Positions 10,230 to 19,942 of a stretch of DNA of 64,000 nucleotides are shown here, piece after piece. Both the position numbers and the translations under genes were made by a program. The stretch covers positions 431,424-495,423 of the forward strand of contig BPJI01000001.1 of assembly GCA_026004535.1 (NCBI GenBank). The letters are read 5' to 3'. A model generated the notes under the pieces. The model was given only the letters and a program-made list of their open reading frames with translations, was not told the origin of the DNA and searched no databases. The stretch comes from Candidatus Parcubacteria bacterium (lineage in GTDB: Bacteria; Patescibacteriota; Minisyncoccia; UBA6257; HR35). Positions within the stretch are counted from its first letter, which is position 1. Every line of letters begins with the position of its first letter.

Positions 10230-10317
10230 CCATTCAGCTTCTCAGCTTCACAGCTTCAGAGAAAATATCGGGACATCGTATGTCCTTAATTTTTACTTTA
10301 GATAATATATAGTTTTT

Positions 10318-10527
10318 ATCATGGTATTAACATCCAGTACTAATCCGGGTAGTATATCCGGTTTTCATCAGGGTAATTTTATATACTTTCCATCATGCTA
10401 ATATATCCAGTATTCATCCGGGTAGATATTTTTATCGGTATTCATCCGGGTAATCTATCCAGTAACAATCCGGGTAACTATATCCGATATTCATTAGGGT
10501 AGTATATCAGTTTTCTATCAGGGTAAT
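10318..10527. repeat. CCGG-family single arm
   Basis: Repeated ATCCRGTA-NTC-ATCCGGGTA units. Confidence 0.8.
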
Positions 10528-10528
10528 C

Positions 10529-10561
10529 TAATTTTTACGACGTCATACGTCGTAAAAATTA
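10529..10561. repeat. 33-bp inverted repeat of the GACRT-N3-AYGTC family
   Basis: TAATTTTTACGACGT-CAT-ACGTCGTAAAAATTA; 23-bp core matches 8827-8849 at 22/23. Confidence 0.8.
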
Positions 10562-10581
10562 AATTTCCAATAAAAAAGACA

Positions 10582-10623
10582 AAAAGTCTAATGCTACGTA
10601 GCAATAGAGAATCAAACCAGTTT
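10582..10623. promoter_or_regulatory. orphan copy of the TGCTACGTAGCA site that flanks the TrpR-like gene
   Basis: Reverse complement matches 45269-45310 at 36/42. Confidence 0.7.
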
Positions 10624-10625
10624 TT

Positions 10626-10669
10626 CATTTCTACTATCTAAATACGATCGTATCAAATTGGTAGAAATG
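10626..10669. other. imperfect 44-bp hairpin
   Basis: CATTTCTAC...ATACGATCGTAT...GTAGAAATG. Confidence 0.6.
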
Positions 10670-10675
10670 ATTTTC

Positions 10676-10722
10676 CAACTAACCGTCTAACACGCTATAG
10701 CAGTTTAAACAGTCAAATCAAT
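10676..10722 (+). repeat. 47-bp direct repeat, right copy
   Basis: CAACTAACCGTCTAACACGCTATAGCAGTTTAAACAGTCAAATCAAT. Confidence 0.85.
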
Positions 10723-10800
10723 TATAAATTTATAAAACCGGAATTCGTGATTCGGAACTGAAGAATTTTTAAATTCTCACAAATATGTTAAAATAATTTT

Positions 10801-11505
10801 ATGAATGCTTTGGAAGTAAAAAATTTGGTTGTTAAGTTAGGAGAACAAGAAATTATTAGAAATATTAGTTTTGCTTTACCTGAAGGAACAATCACTGCTT
10901 TAATTGGTCCAAATGGAGCCGGTAAATCTGTTTTATTAAAAACAATTATAGGACTTTTCCCTTACCAGGGAGAAATAAAAATTTTTAACGAAAATCATTT
11001 AAAAATGGTAGATTTTATTGGTTATGTGCCTCAGACTTATGTTCTTGATCCAGTTTTGCCTTTAACAGTTTTTGAATTTTTAAAATTAACTAATAATGAT
11101 GAGAAGAAAATAGAAATAGCTTTAAAAGAAACTGATATTTATGAATTAAAAAATAAAAATTTAGCCAAACTTTCTGGTGGTCAACTTCAAAGAGTTTTGT
11201 TTGCTCGAGCAATTTTAGCTGAACCAAAAATTCTACTTTTAGACGAACCAGTCTCTGAAACAGATATTGTCGGTCAAAAAGAATTTTATGAGATCATTAA
11301 ACATTTAAATCAAGAAAGAAAGGTAACTATTCTAATTACAAGCCATGAAATTACTATTATACATACTTTTGCCCAAAGAGTTTTGTGTTTAAATAAATCT
11401 TTGGTTTGCGACGGACCAATAACTGAGCTTTTCAAAGAAGAAATTTTAAAAAAACTTTATCAAAGAGATATCTTTATCTATCCGTTTAATCGACATGAGG
11501 AATGA
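10801..11505 (+). CDS. znuC: Zn/Mn ABC transporter ATPase
   Basis: GPNGAGKS, LSGGQLQR, LLLDEP. Confidence 0.9.
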   Translation: MNALEVKNLVVKLGEQEIIRNISFALPEGTITALIGPNGAGKSVLLKTIIGLFPYQGEIKIFNENHLKMVDFIGYVPQTYVLDPVLPLTVFEFLKLTNNDEKKIEIALKETDIYELKNKNLAKLSGGQLQRVLFARAILAEPKILLLDEPVSETDIVGQKEFYEIIKHLNQERKVTILITSHEITIIHTFAQRVLCLNKSLVCDGPITELFKEEILKKLYQRDIFIYPFNRHEE

Positions 11506-12308
11506 ATCTATTTGAATATTCATTTTTATTAAAATCATTAATCATTAGTTTATGGCTAAGTATTGTTTTTGCTTTGCTAGGAATTTTTGTTTTTATCAAA
11601 AGAATGTCTTTTTTTAGTGATGGTATTGCTCATTCAGCTGTTCTGGGTTTGGCCATTGCTTTTTTATTAAAGTCTGATATTTTAGTTTTTGCTCTTTTAA
11701 ATGGTATTCTTTTTTCACTTTTAATCTATTATTTAGAAAGGAAAACAAAAATTCATGCTGATACCTTAATTGGCCTTGTTTTTGTTTCTTCTTTGTCGTT
11801 GGGTTTAATTTTAATTTCTTTAAAGGCTTCTTATCAACCAGAACTTTTGAATTTTCTTATTGGTAATATTTTAACAATTAGTGATTTTGATTTTATTTTA
11901 ACAATATTTTTTTCTTTACTAATTTTAAGCTTTATTATTTGGCAATTTCCAAAAATAAATTTAGTTCTTTTAGATCCTGTTGAAGCCAGATTGAGAAAAA
12001 TAAATGTCAATCTTTATGAATTTTTATTTTATCTAATCTTAGGTATTAGTGTAATTTTAGGAATCAAATTAGTTGGCGTCATTCTTATAACTGCTTTTTT
12101 AATTTTACCAGCGGCAACTTCAGCTTTGATATCTTCATCCTTTAAAAGTTTTATTTATTTAAGTATTATTTTTGCTTTATTTAATGTTATCTTTGGCTTT
12201 TTAATTTCTAATTTCTATAACTTTCCTTTAGGAGCAAGCATTGTTCTTTCTGGCTCTTCGTTATTTTTTCTTTTATTTTTAATTAAAAATGTTTTTACAC
12301 GGATTTAA
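11502..12308 (+). CDS. znuB: Zn/Mn ABC transporter permease
   Basis: SDGIAHS motif, multiple TM segments, VGVILITA..ILPA. Confidence 0.9.
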   Translation: MNLFEYSFLLKSLIISLWLSIVFALLGIFVFIKRMSFFSDGIAHSAVLGLAIAFLLKSDILVFALLNGILFSLLIYYLERKTKIHADTLIGLVFVSSLSLGLILISLKASYQPELLNFLIGNILTISDFDFILTIFFSLLILSFIIWQFPKINLVLLDPVEARLRKINVNLYEFLFYLILGISVILGIKLVGVILITAFLILPAATSALISSSFKSFIYLSIIFALFNVIFGFLISNFYNFPLGASIVLSGSSLFFLLFLIKNVFTRI

Positions 12309-12607
12309 ACCGGATAAATACTACCCGGATTTAAACCGGATAAATACTACCCGGATATGAACCGGATTATTAATTACCAAGATGTACACCGGATGAATTT
12401 ACTCGGATTATGACTGATAAGTTTACCCGGATTTAAACCGGATACAATTACCCGGATATAAACCTGGTATAATTACCCGGATGTAAACCGGATATAACTA
12501 CCCGGATATAGACCGGATGATATACAGAGTATTTTTATACGGTTATTAATCCGGGTATTATATCCGGTAGTTTATCCGGGTAACTATATCCGGTATTTAT
12601 CCGGGTG
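12296..12607. repeat. large CCGG-family two-armed element
   Basis: About nine TACCCGGAT-N4-ACCGGAT units (to ~12519), then inverted units 12536-12607; overlaps the znuB stop. Confidence 0.92.
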
Positions 12608-12628
12608 ATAAAATCATGTTATAATTAA

Positions 12629-12979
12629 ATGATGGTTGAAAAATTTAGACCAGGAGAGCAAAAATTTATTCAGAGATTTGAAACTCTTCATAAAGAAAAA
12701 CCAAAAACCATTGAAGAAACTAAAGAAAAAATAAGATATACTTTAGAAGAAATAAAGAAAGAAATTGAGGAATTGCCGGAAATTAGAAGAGAGGAAGAAT
12801 TTCATGAAACAATAACCGCTGGACAAGTGACTAATATCTTGGCCCAAGCACTTGATCTTGTCATTAATGAAGGAGTTGAAGAAGGATTAAAATTCATTCG
12901 CAAAACAAACAATCCTCACTTAATTGATCAATTTCATGATATCTTGATCGGCCATTTTCTTGATTTATTAAAACAATGA
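12629..12979 (+). CDS. hypothetical protein
   Basis: 116-aa ORF, ATGA-coupled to the next gene; PHLIDQFHD motif; true start may be 12632. Confidence 0.7.
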   Translation: MMVEKFRPGEQKFIQRFETLHKEKPKTIEETKEKIRYTLEEIKKEIEELPEIRREEEFHETITAGQVTNILAQALDLVINEGVEEGLKFIRKTNNPHLIDQFHDILIGHFLDLLKQ

Positions 12980-15414
12980 ATGGTTCTTATTATTTTATTT
13001 TGGGAGGAGCTGGGGTTTTGGGTATAATCATTATTGCTTTAACTATATGGATTATTAAAAAACATAAAGAAAAAATCAAAATCAAACTTTCTTTAAATTA
13101 TTCTCTACTTTTAATTGAACTTCCTCGGCCAATAACTTTATCAACGCAAACTCAAACAGAACCAAGAATAAAAATTATTGAGGAATTAACTGCTTTTGAA
13201 AATTTTCTCAATAGTTTTTCTAAAATTAAAAACCCGATTATTTTTGAAATTGCTGTTCCTCATTATGGTGAAGAAATTTATTTTTATGTTGCTTTACCAA
13301 AAAAAGATATCGACTTTTTTAGAAAAACTGTTTTAGGTTTTTGGCCAGGCGCTGAGGTCAGTTTAGTCAAAGAAGACTATAATGTTTTTAATCCTACTGG
13401 TTTTTCTCTAGCTTCGATCATTAAATTAAAACATCACTCTTATTTACCAATAAAAACTTATAAAGAATTAGCCCAAGCCAATGTTGATCCAATTGATTCT
13501 TTTCTCTCTGCTTTTAATAAATTAACTAAAGAAGGAGAAGGCTTGGCTTGGCAAATTATCTTAAATCCTGTTCCAGCTTCAGAAAATAAAAAAATTTTAG
13601 CCAAAGTTAAACAATTAAGAGAAGGTAAAAAATTAGCTGAAGTTTTAGAAAAAAGCATCGCTCAAGATATTTTAAAAACACTAAATGAAGCTTTTGTGCC
13701 CAAATCAGAAGAAACAAAGAAAAAAGAAGAGGAAGAAAAAGCAAAACCAAAACCAGTTGAAGAATTAGCAATTAAAAATTTAGAATTTAAAGCTAGTAAA
13801 CCATTGTTCAGGGTGAATATAAGACTTATTGCTTCAGCCAATGAGGAAAGAGAATGCAGTCAATTACTTAATGCTTTGGAAACTCCATTTCATCAATTCG
13901 TTAATCCTGGTTTTAATGAATTTCAAATTTTTCATCCCAAAGGAAATTATCTAAAGAAAGTTTTTTATCAATTTGCCTTTCGTCTTTTTGAACCAAAGCA
14001 AAGTTTTCTCCTAAATACCGAAGAAATAACATCCTTTTTTCACTTCCCTACTTCTTATATTAAAAATCCAATTATTCATTGGCTTTCAGCTCGTTCAGCA
14101 CCACCGCCAAGTAATTTACCAAGTGAAGGAATTATTTTAGGTGAAAATATTTACCAAGGTTTAAGATCGAATGTTAGAATAACTCGCGAAGATCGTCGAA
14201 GACATATTTATGTTATTGGTCAAACTGGCACAGGAAAAACTACTTTACTTAAAAACATGATTAGTCAAGATATTAAACAGGGTGATGGTTTTTGCTTTAT
14301 TGATCCTCACGGAGATGTTGCTCAAGAAATTTTAGGTTTAATTCCCAAAGAAAGAATTGATGATGTTATCTATTTTAATCCTGGCGATACTCGAAGACCA
14401 ATTGGACTTAATATTTTAGAATATTCGCCTCAAAGACCAGAAGATAAAACTTTTATTATTAATTATTTAATTGAAATTATTGATAAACTTTATAATTTAC
14501 AAGTAACTGGAGGCCCGATGTTTGAACAATATTTAAGAAATGCTCTACTTTTAATAATGGATAATCCTTCTTGGGGTTATACTTTACTTGAGGTTTCTAA
14601 AGTTTTTGTCGATGAAGATTTTCGTGAAGAATTATTATCTCAATGTAAAAATTATCCAGTCATTGAATTTTGGAGAAAACAAGCTCCAGTTGTTGGCGGC
14701 GAACTTTCATTAGAAAATATGATAACCTGGGTTACTTCTAAATTAAACCCATTTATTACTAATGACTTTGTTAGGCCAATTATTGCTCAATCAAGATCTA
14801 CAATTGATTTTAATTATATTATGAATAATAGAAAAATTTTAATCGCTAATTTGTCTAAGGGGCTTATTGGTGAAACAAGTGCTTATTTAATGGGAATGCT
14901 TATCGTAACTAAAATCTTAATAGGCGCTTATGCTCGACAAAAGATACCTGAAAAAGAAAGAAAAGATTTTTATCTCTATATTGATGAGTTTCAAAATTTT
15001 GCTTTTAAGGGCGTTGCTGATATTTTGTCTGAAGCAAGAAAATATAGACTTTCAATGGTTTTAGCCCATCAATATATTAAACAATTACCAGAAACAATTA
15101 CTTCAGCAGTTGTTGGAAATGTTGGAACCATAATTTCTTTTCGTGTTGGCGCTGAAGATGCTGAATTTTTAGAAAAATTGTTTTTACCCGTTTTTAATAA
15201 ATTTGATTTAGTTAATATTCCTAATTATAATGCTTATATTAAGCTTTTAATTTATGGTTATGTTTCTGACGCTTTTAACATTAAAACCTTTCCGCCTGAA
15301 AAACCAGACAATGAACTAGCTAATGAAATAATTGAATATTCGATGATAAAATATGGTAGGGAAAAAGAAGAAATTGAAAAAGAAATAGCTGAAAAATATG
15401 CCAACCTTATTTGA
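12976..15414 (+). CDS. membrane-anchored VirD4/TraD/HerA-like P-loop ATPase
   Basis: RRHIYVIGQTGTGKT, IDPHGD, YIDEFQNF, SEARKY..LAHQ. Confidence 0.85.
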   Translation: MNGSYYFILGGAGVLGIIIIALTIWIIKKHKEKIKIKLSLNYSLLLIELPRPITLSTQTQTEPRIKIIEELTAFENFLNSFSKIKNPIIFEIAVPHYGEEIYFYVALPKKDIDFFRKTVLGFWPGAEVSLVKEDYNVFNPTGFSLASIIKLKHHSYLPIKTYKELAQANVDPIDSFLSAFNKLTKEGEGLAWQIILNPVPASENKKILAKVKQLREGKKLAEVLEKSIAQDILKTLNEAFVPKSEETKKKEEEEKAKPKPVEELAIKNLEFKASKPLFRVNIRLIASANEERECSQLLNALETPFHQFVNPGFNEFQIFHPKGNYLKKVFYQFAFRLFEPKQSFLLNTEEITSFFHFPTSYIKNPIIHWLSARSAPPPSNLPSEGIILGENIYQGLRSNVRITREDRRRHIYVIGQTGTGKTTLLKNMISQDIKQGDGFCFIDPHGDVAQEILGLIPKERIDDVIYFNPGDTRRPIGLNILEYSPQRPEDKTFIINYLIEIIDKLYNLQVTGGPMFEQYLRNALLLIMDNPSWGYTLLEVSKVFVDEDFREELLSQCKNYPVIEFWRKQAPVVGGELSLENMITWVTSKLNPFITNDFVRPIIAQSRSTIDFNYIMNNRKILIANLSKGLIGETSAYLMGMLIVTKILIGAYARQKIPEKERKDFYLYIDEFQNFAFKGVADILSEARKYRLSMVLAHQYIKQLPETITSAVVGNVGTIISFRVGAEDAEFLEKLFLPVFNKFDLVNIPNYNAYIKLLIYGYVSDAFNIKTFPPEKPDNELANEIIEYSMIKYGREKEEIEKEIAEKYANLI

Positions 15415-16381
15415 AATTTTAATAATTTTCGCTGGTTTTGTTATTATATATTTTCTATTGAAAAAAGAAATTGAAAAAGTAAAAGAACCTGAAGCTCAAA
15501 AATTTTTAGAATTGCAAAAAAATATTTTAGAAAGTTTTGCTCTTTTAAAACAAGAAACTATTTCTCATCTTCAGACAACAATTGAAAAGCAAGAGAAATT
15601 TATTGAATCAACTTCAAAAATTGAAGAATTAGCAAGAAACTTAGAATCAAGCACTGTTGAAATAAAAACTTTCAAAGAAATCTTGGCTGGACCAAAAAAT
15701 AGAGGTTATTTGGGTGAGGTTATGTTAGAAGAAATAATTAAAAATTTACCTTCAACTTATTATGAAAAACAATATCCTCTTGGCTTTGATCGAGTTGATT
15801 ATGTCTTGAAATTGAATGATACTTTAATCCCTGTTGATGCTAAGTTTCCAGTTCAAAATTTTAATAAATTATTTGAAATTGAAGAAAAAGACAAAAACGA
15901 ATTAAAAAAAGAATTGATTAAGAATTTAAAAAATAAAATTGAGGATATTGCTCGGAAATATATCTTACCTTCAAAAGGAACAATTGAGTTTGCTTTAATG
16001 TATTTAGCTAATGAAGGAATTTATTATGAACTTTTAGCTGATAAAGATTACCAAGGAGTTTGGGATTATGCTCGAGAAAGGTCAGTTTTTATCACTTCCC
16101 CAAAAAATTTTGAACTTATTTGCTCTTCCCTGCTCTTGATTATTCGTAAGCAAGAATTAGGTAAAAATATTCAACAAATCTTGGCTAATTTACATCAATT
16201 AGAAAAAGACTTGTTAGAGCTGGAATCTAAATTCGAAACATCTTATAATCAATTAAATAATAGTTTTCGCAATTTACAAGAGCTTTCAAGAATTTTGAAT
16301 CGATTTATTGTTAATTTTCAAAGCTTAATCAAAACTGAACAAAAATTAGAAGAAAAAATTAAAGAAAGGTCGTTAATTTAA
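15398..16381 (+). CDS. rmuC: DNA recombination protein RmuC
   Basis: RGYLGEVMLE, PVDAKFP, FALMYLANEGIY. Confidence 0.88.
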   Translation: MPTLFEILIIFAGFVIIYFLLKKEIEKVKEPEAQKFLELQKNILESFALLKQETISHLQTTIEKQEKFIESTSKIEELARNLESSTVEIKTFKEILAGPKNRGYLGEVMLEEIIKNLPSTYYEKQYPLGFDRVDYVLKLNDTLIPVDAKFPVQNFNKLFEIEEKDKNELKKELIKNLKNKIEDIARKYILPSKGTIEFALMYLANEGIYYELLADKDYQGVWDYARERSVFITSPKNFELICSSLLLIIRKQELGKNIQQILANLHQLEKDLLELESKFETSYNQLNNSFRNLQELSRILNRFIVNFQSLIKTEQKLEEKIKERSLI

Positions 16382-16382
16382 T

Positions 16383-16619
16383 ACCACTGATTTACACGGA
16401 TATAATTAACACCACTAATTTACACGGATAATTTTCTTCCAGGGATTTTCACGGATTATTATAAACCACTGATTTAAACGGATAATATAAATCTGCGTTA
16501 AATCCGTGGAATAATATTTTATCCGTGGTAATCCGTGGCTATTATAAATCCGTGTTAATCCATGGTCAATTAAATCTGTGGCAATCCGTGGTTATTATAA
16601 ATCCGTGTTAAATCCGTGA
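16383..16619. repeat. CACGGAT-family two-armed element
   Basis: CCACTGAT-TTA-CACGGAT units, then ATCCGTG units. Confidence 0.9.
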
Positions 16620-16628
16620 TCTAATAAA

Positions 16629-17642
16629 ATGCGTTTAGCCATAAATGGTTTTGGTAGAATTGGAAGAATATTTTTTCGACAAGCTTTTAGTAAAGAAAAT
16701 TTTGACATAGTCGCTATTAATGATTTGTCTGATACAGAAAATTTAGCTTATTTATTAAAATATGACACTGTTTATGGTCGTTATAATAAATCAGTTGAAG
16801 TTAAAGATGGGAAATTGGTTGTTGATGGTAAAGAAATTTTAATTTTAAAAGAGACTGATCCTTTAAAACTTCCTTGGCAAGAGTTAAATATTGATGTTGT
16901 GGTTGAGTCAACCGGTGTTTTTACTGAATTTGAAAAAGCAAAAGCTCATTTAACTGCTGGAGCCAAAAGAGTTGTTATTACTGCACCAACAAAAGATGAA
17001 ATTACGCCTCATTTTACTCCTGGTTTAGAAGATTTAGGCAAAATTTATTCTTTAGGTGAACAAGGCTTAATTACTTCTAATGCTTCGTGCACAACTAATT
17101 CAGTTAATCCAGTCATTGCTATTTTAAATAAAAGAATCGGAGTTAAAAAAGCAATTTTAACAACTATTCATGCCTATACCAATACTCAAACAATTGTTGA
17201 TAGTGTTGTTAAAGGACATGATTTTCGTCGTGGTCGGGCTGGGGCTCAAAATATTATTCCTTCAACAACTGGAGCAGCTGAAGCAACTGCCAAAGTCATT
17301 CCTGAAATTAAAGGAAAATTTGATGGAATTTCAATTAGGGTTCCAGTTGTTACTGTTTCTTTGTCTGACATAACAATATTAACCCAAAGACCAACTTCTG
17401 TTGAAGAAATAAATAATATTTTCAAAGAAGAATCAAATTCGCCTCAATGGAAAGAGGTCATTAAAGTAGTTGAAGACCCGGTTGTTTCAAGTGATATTAT
17501 TGGCGAACCTTATGGAGCTATTATTGATCTTACTCTGACTAAGGTTGTTGATGGTGATTTAGTTAAAGTTTTTTCTTGGTATGATAATGAATGGGGCTAT
17601 TGTGCTATGTTAGTTAAGCACATAGAAAAATTATTTTCTTAA
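16629..17642 (+). CDS. gap: glyceraldehyde-3-phosphate dehydrogenase
   Basis: INGFGRIGR, SNASCTTN, WYDNEWGY. Confidence 0.97.
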   Translation: MRLAINGFGRIGRIFFRQAFSKENFDIVAINDLSDTENLAYLLKYDTVYGRYNKSVEVKDGKLVVDGKEILILKETDPLKLPWQELNIDVVVESTGVFTEFEKAKAHLTAGAKRVVITAPTKDEITPHFTPGLEDLGKIYSLGEQGLITSNASCTTNSVNPVIAILNKRIGVKKAILTTIHAYTNTQTIVDSVVKGHDFRRGRAGAQNIIPSTTGAAEATAKVIPEIKGKFDGISIRVPVVTVSLSDITILTQRPTSVEEINNIFKEESNSPQWKEVIKVVEDPVVSSDIIGEPYGAIIDLTLTKVVDGDLVKVFSWYDNEWGYCAMLVKHIEKLFS

Positions 17643-18251
17643 TTGTTGAAGTAAAGGTGTTAAATCAATATTGATTCCTGCTTTTTGTAATGCTTCTCTT
17701 AATTTTTCAATTAATTTTTCTACTTCAATTGTTACTCTTCTTTCTAAAGCAACAACTCTTTTAGCAACCAATTTTTGGCCATCCCAAACACCCAAAACTC
17801 TTACTCTTGTACCAGTAGCAATATCAGTAATTGCTGCAGGTTGAGGAGTTGCTTGTGCTAAAAGTCCTAATCTTAAAGAACTAATTACCATAGTATCGGT
17901 TGCAATTATCCAATCCATCTTAAATCCTTGGGAATTTACAGTTAAAACATTATTTTGATTTTGATCAACAACTCCTTGCTGAGCAGCATGACCAGAAGGA
18001 TTAAGAAAGAATAAATTAGCTCCCGGATGTTCAGCAATTTTTTCTCTAACAAAATCATCTAATTTTTTGAATTGACCAAGTTGGTTTTCTGAAAGTTTAG
18101 GTATTCTAAATTCTCCTTTTTCTGGTTTATATTTAATTTCGACCGGCTTTTCTCCTTTATTTTCTTCATTTTCTTGAGCTTTAACTAAAACAAAACTAAA
18201 AATTAAGCCGACCGTAAGAATAAAAATTAATGGTAAAAGAAATTTTTTCAT
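17631..18251 (-). CDS. secreted hypothetical protein (DUF5666-like OB domain)
   Basis: Signal peptide; DIATGTRVRVLG...LVAKRV. Confidence 0.65.
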   Translation of the reverse strand: MKKFLLPLIFILTVGLIFSFVLVKAQENEENKGEKPVEIKYKPEKGEFRIPKLSENQLGQFKKLDDFVREKIAEHPGANLFFLNPSGHAAQQGVVDQNQNNVLTVNSQGFKMDWIIATDTMVISSLRLGLLAQATPQPAAITDIATGTRVRVLGVWDGQKLVAKRVVALERRVTIEVEKLIEKLREALQKAGINIDLTPLLQQLRK

Positions 18252-18258
18252 TTTTTAT

Positions 18259-18360
18259 CAGAAGAAACGGAACTTGACACGGAAGGATCGGAATGAACGG
18301 AATTTATTCCTTCTGTTCCGTTTATTCCGTATCTCTTTCTGTTTCTTCCGTTATTTCCGT
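18259..18360. repeat. ACGGAA-family two-armed element
   Basis: Four CGGAA units, then TTCCGT units. Confidence 0.85.
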
Positions 18361-18462
18361 ATTTAACGAACGACCTTTTTCTTTTTATTCCATTTATGCC
18401 TCTTTTTTCGTACTTTAATCTCTAATTTTGGTGGCTTTCTTGATAGATGTGTTTTTTTAATT

Positions 18463-18720
18463 TCATTCTTCTATTTTATAGACTAGATCTCCTTTTTTTG
18501 TTTTACCAACAACCAAAATAGCAACCTCTTGGCCTGCTTTAACTGAACCAACTTTTTTTCTTTCAACCTCCATTGATTCAACGATTTGACTAAATCTCTC
18601 CTCGCCATTTTTCTTTCTGACGACAATTCTATCACCAATTTTTAAATCTTCCTCCAATTCAACGACTATTGATGGAATGTGTCCATAAAAATTTTTAACT
18701 TTACCTATTAAAACCTCCAT
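18463..18720 (-). CDS. small translation-factor-like beta-barrel protein (U32 peptidase C-terminal-like)
   Basis: IGKVKNFY..LKIGD..QIVESME..AGQEVAI..KKGDLVY. Confidence 0.75.
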   Translation of the reverse strand: MEVLIGKVKNFYGHIPSIVVELEEDLKIGDRIVVRKKNGEERFSQIVESMEVERKKVGSVKAGQEVAILVVGKTKKGDLVYKIEE

Positions 18721-18940
18721 TATTTTTTAATATAAATTGGTCTAATTATTTATATATAAAAATTTCTGTTTGTCTCTAATGTGCTAATTTGAAAATATTG
18801 TATCATGAAATTCATCTAAATAAAAATGTTGAAAAATGTAAAATTTACTCAATCTCAAACCATTTTGTTATTTCGTAAAATTAATGGTTCTGGTAATTCT
18901 TTTTTTATTTATTCAGTTATTTTACTTTTATTTGTTTTGT

Positions 18941-19765
18941 TCAGTAAATATCTTCTAGTTCTTCTTTCAAAACAATTGTTGGATTTTCGACTGCTTGATT
19001 TAGATTATCAATAATATTTCTGAATAAATCATCAAATTCTGTTGGTAGTCTTTTTCGTTTATAAGGATTTGCATAAGAAATAATTTGTTGATAAACATAA
19101 GGATGCCATTTGCCTAAATCTTTTAATTTTTGAGCAATCTCTTTAACTAAAGCATTAGCTTCTAAAACTTTCTCTGCTCGGGCTTCTCTAATTTTTAAAG
19201 CTTCGGGTAATTTTTCGTCCAAAAAGAAATCGCATTTTTTCAAAATTGGCTCGAAAGAACTACCTGCCAGTTTTTCTTGTTTTTCATAACTAATTCCTAA
19301 AGTTACATAATAAGCTTGCTCAATTGAATCAACCAGCTCAGGATCTGATTCTAACATTTCTGAATTAGATTGTAAGTATTGACGATAAATAGCAATAGCT
19401 ACGTGAGATTTTTCGCGAATATTTAATTCTTTCTCAATATTAAAGTTCATCATTAATTGAGCTAATCTTTGAGGGACAACAATTGCTGGAATTTCTCTGA
19501 TGCCAAGTTCTTTAGCTGCTAAATATCTGTGCTGACCATCAATAATAGTATAAGTGTCATTATTTTGGACAACAACGACCGGAACAATAAAACCAATTCT
19601 TTCAATTGAATTAGACAAATGTTTAACGTGATAAGAACTTGGTTTTCTTTGATGAGAAATAACTGATAACTTATCAATGGGAATTAATTTAAATTTTAAA
19701 TTTTGATGATGATAGGGATCAGCAAACTCTATCTCTGGTTGTAATTTGGTTTTTCTTGGAGCCAT
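18941..19765 (-). CDS. ParB/Srx-like N-terminal domain protein
   Basis: SIERIGFIVPVVV..IIDGQHRYLAA. Confidence 0.8.
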   Translation of the reverse strand: MAPRKTKLQPEIEFADPYHHQNLKFKLIPIDKLSVISHQRKPSSYHVKHLSNSIERIGFIVPVVVVQNNDTYTIIDGQHRYLAAKELGIREIPAIVVPQRLAQLMMNFNIEKELNIREKSHVAIAIYRQYLQSNSEMLESDPELVDSIEQAYYVTLGISYEKQEKLAGSSFEPILKKCDFFLDEKLPEALKIREARAEKVLEANALVKEIAQKLKDLGKWHPYVYQQIISYANPYKRKRLPTEFDDLFRNIIDNLNQAVENPTIVLKEELEDIY

Positions 19766-19778
19766 TTTATTATATATT

Positions 19779-19896
19779 AACCGGATAAGTTACCCGGATT
19801 ATAACTGGATATAACTACCCGGCTTTTTACCGAATTCATTATGACAAAATAATCTAGGTGACTATCCGAGTAATCTATCCGGTAAGTTATCCGGGC
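19779..19896. repeat. CCGG-family two-armed element
   Basis: TACCCGGAT units, then ATCCGGT/ATCCGGG units, between divergent genes. Confidence 0.8.
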
Positions 19897-19942
19897 AAAT
19901 AGATATCAGCAGCCATCCAACTAATTTATAATTATATTATAA

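Noticed and set aside
8779-10722. Integron attC cassette (GTCTAAC fits RYYYAAC)
   Set aside because: No properly spaced GTTRRRY partner forming an attC hairpin, and no integron integrase
12296-12607. CCGG arrays as CRISPR arrays
   Set aside because: Units are degenerate, spacers are only 3-10 bp, arms are inverted, and no cas genes are present
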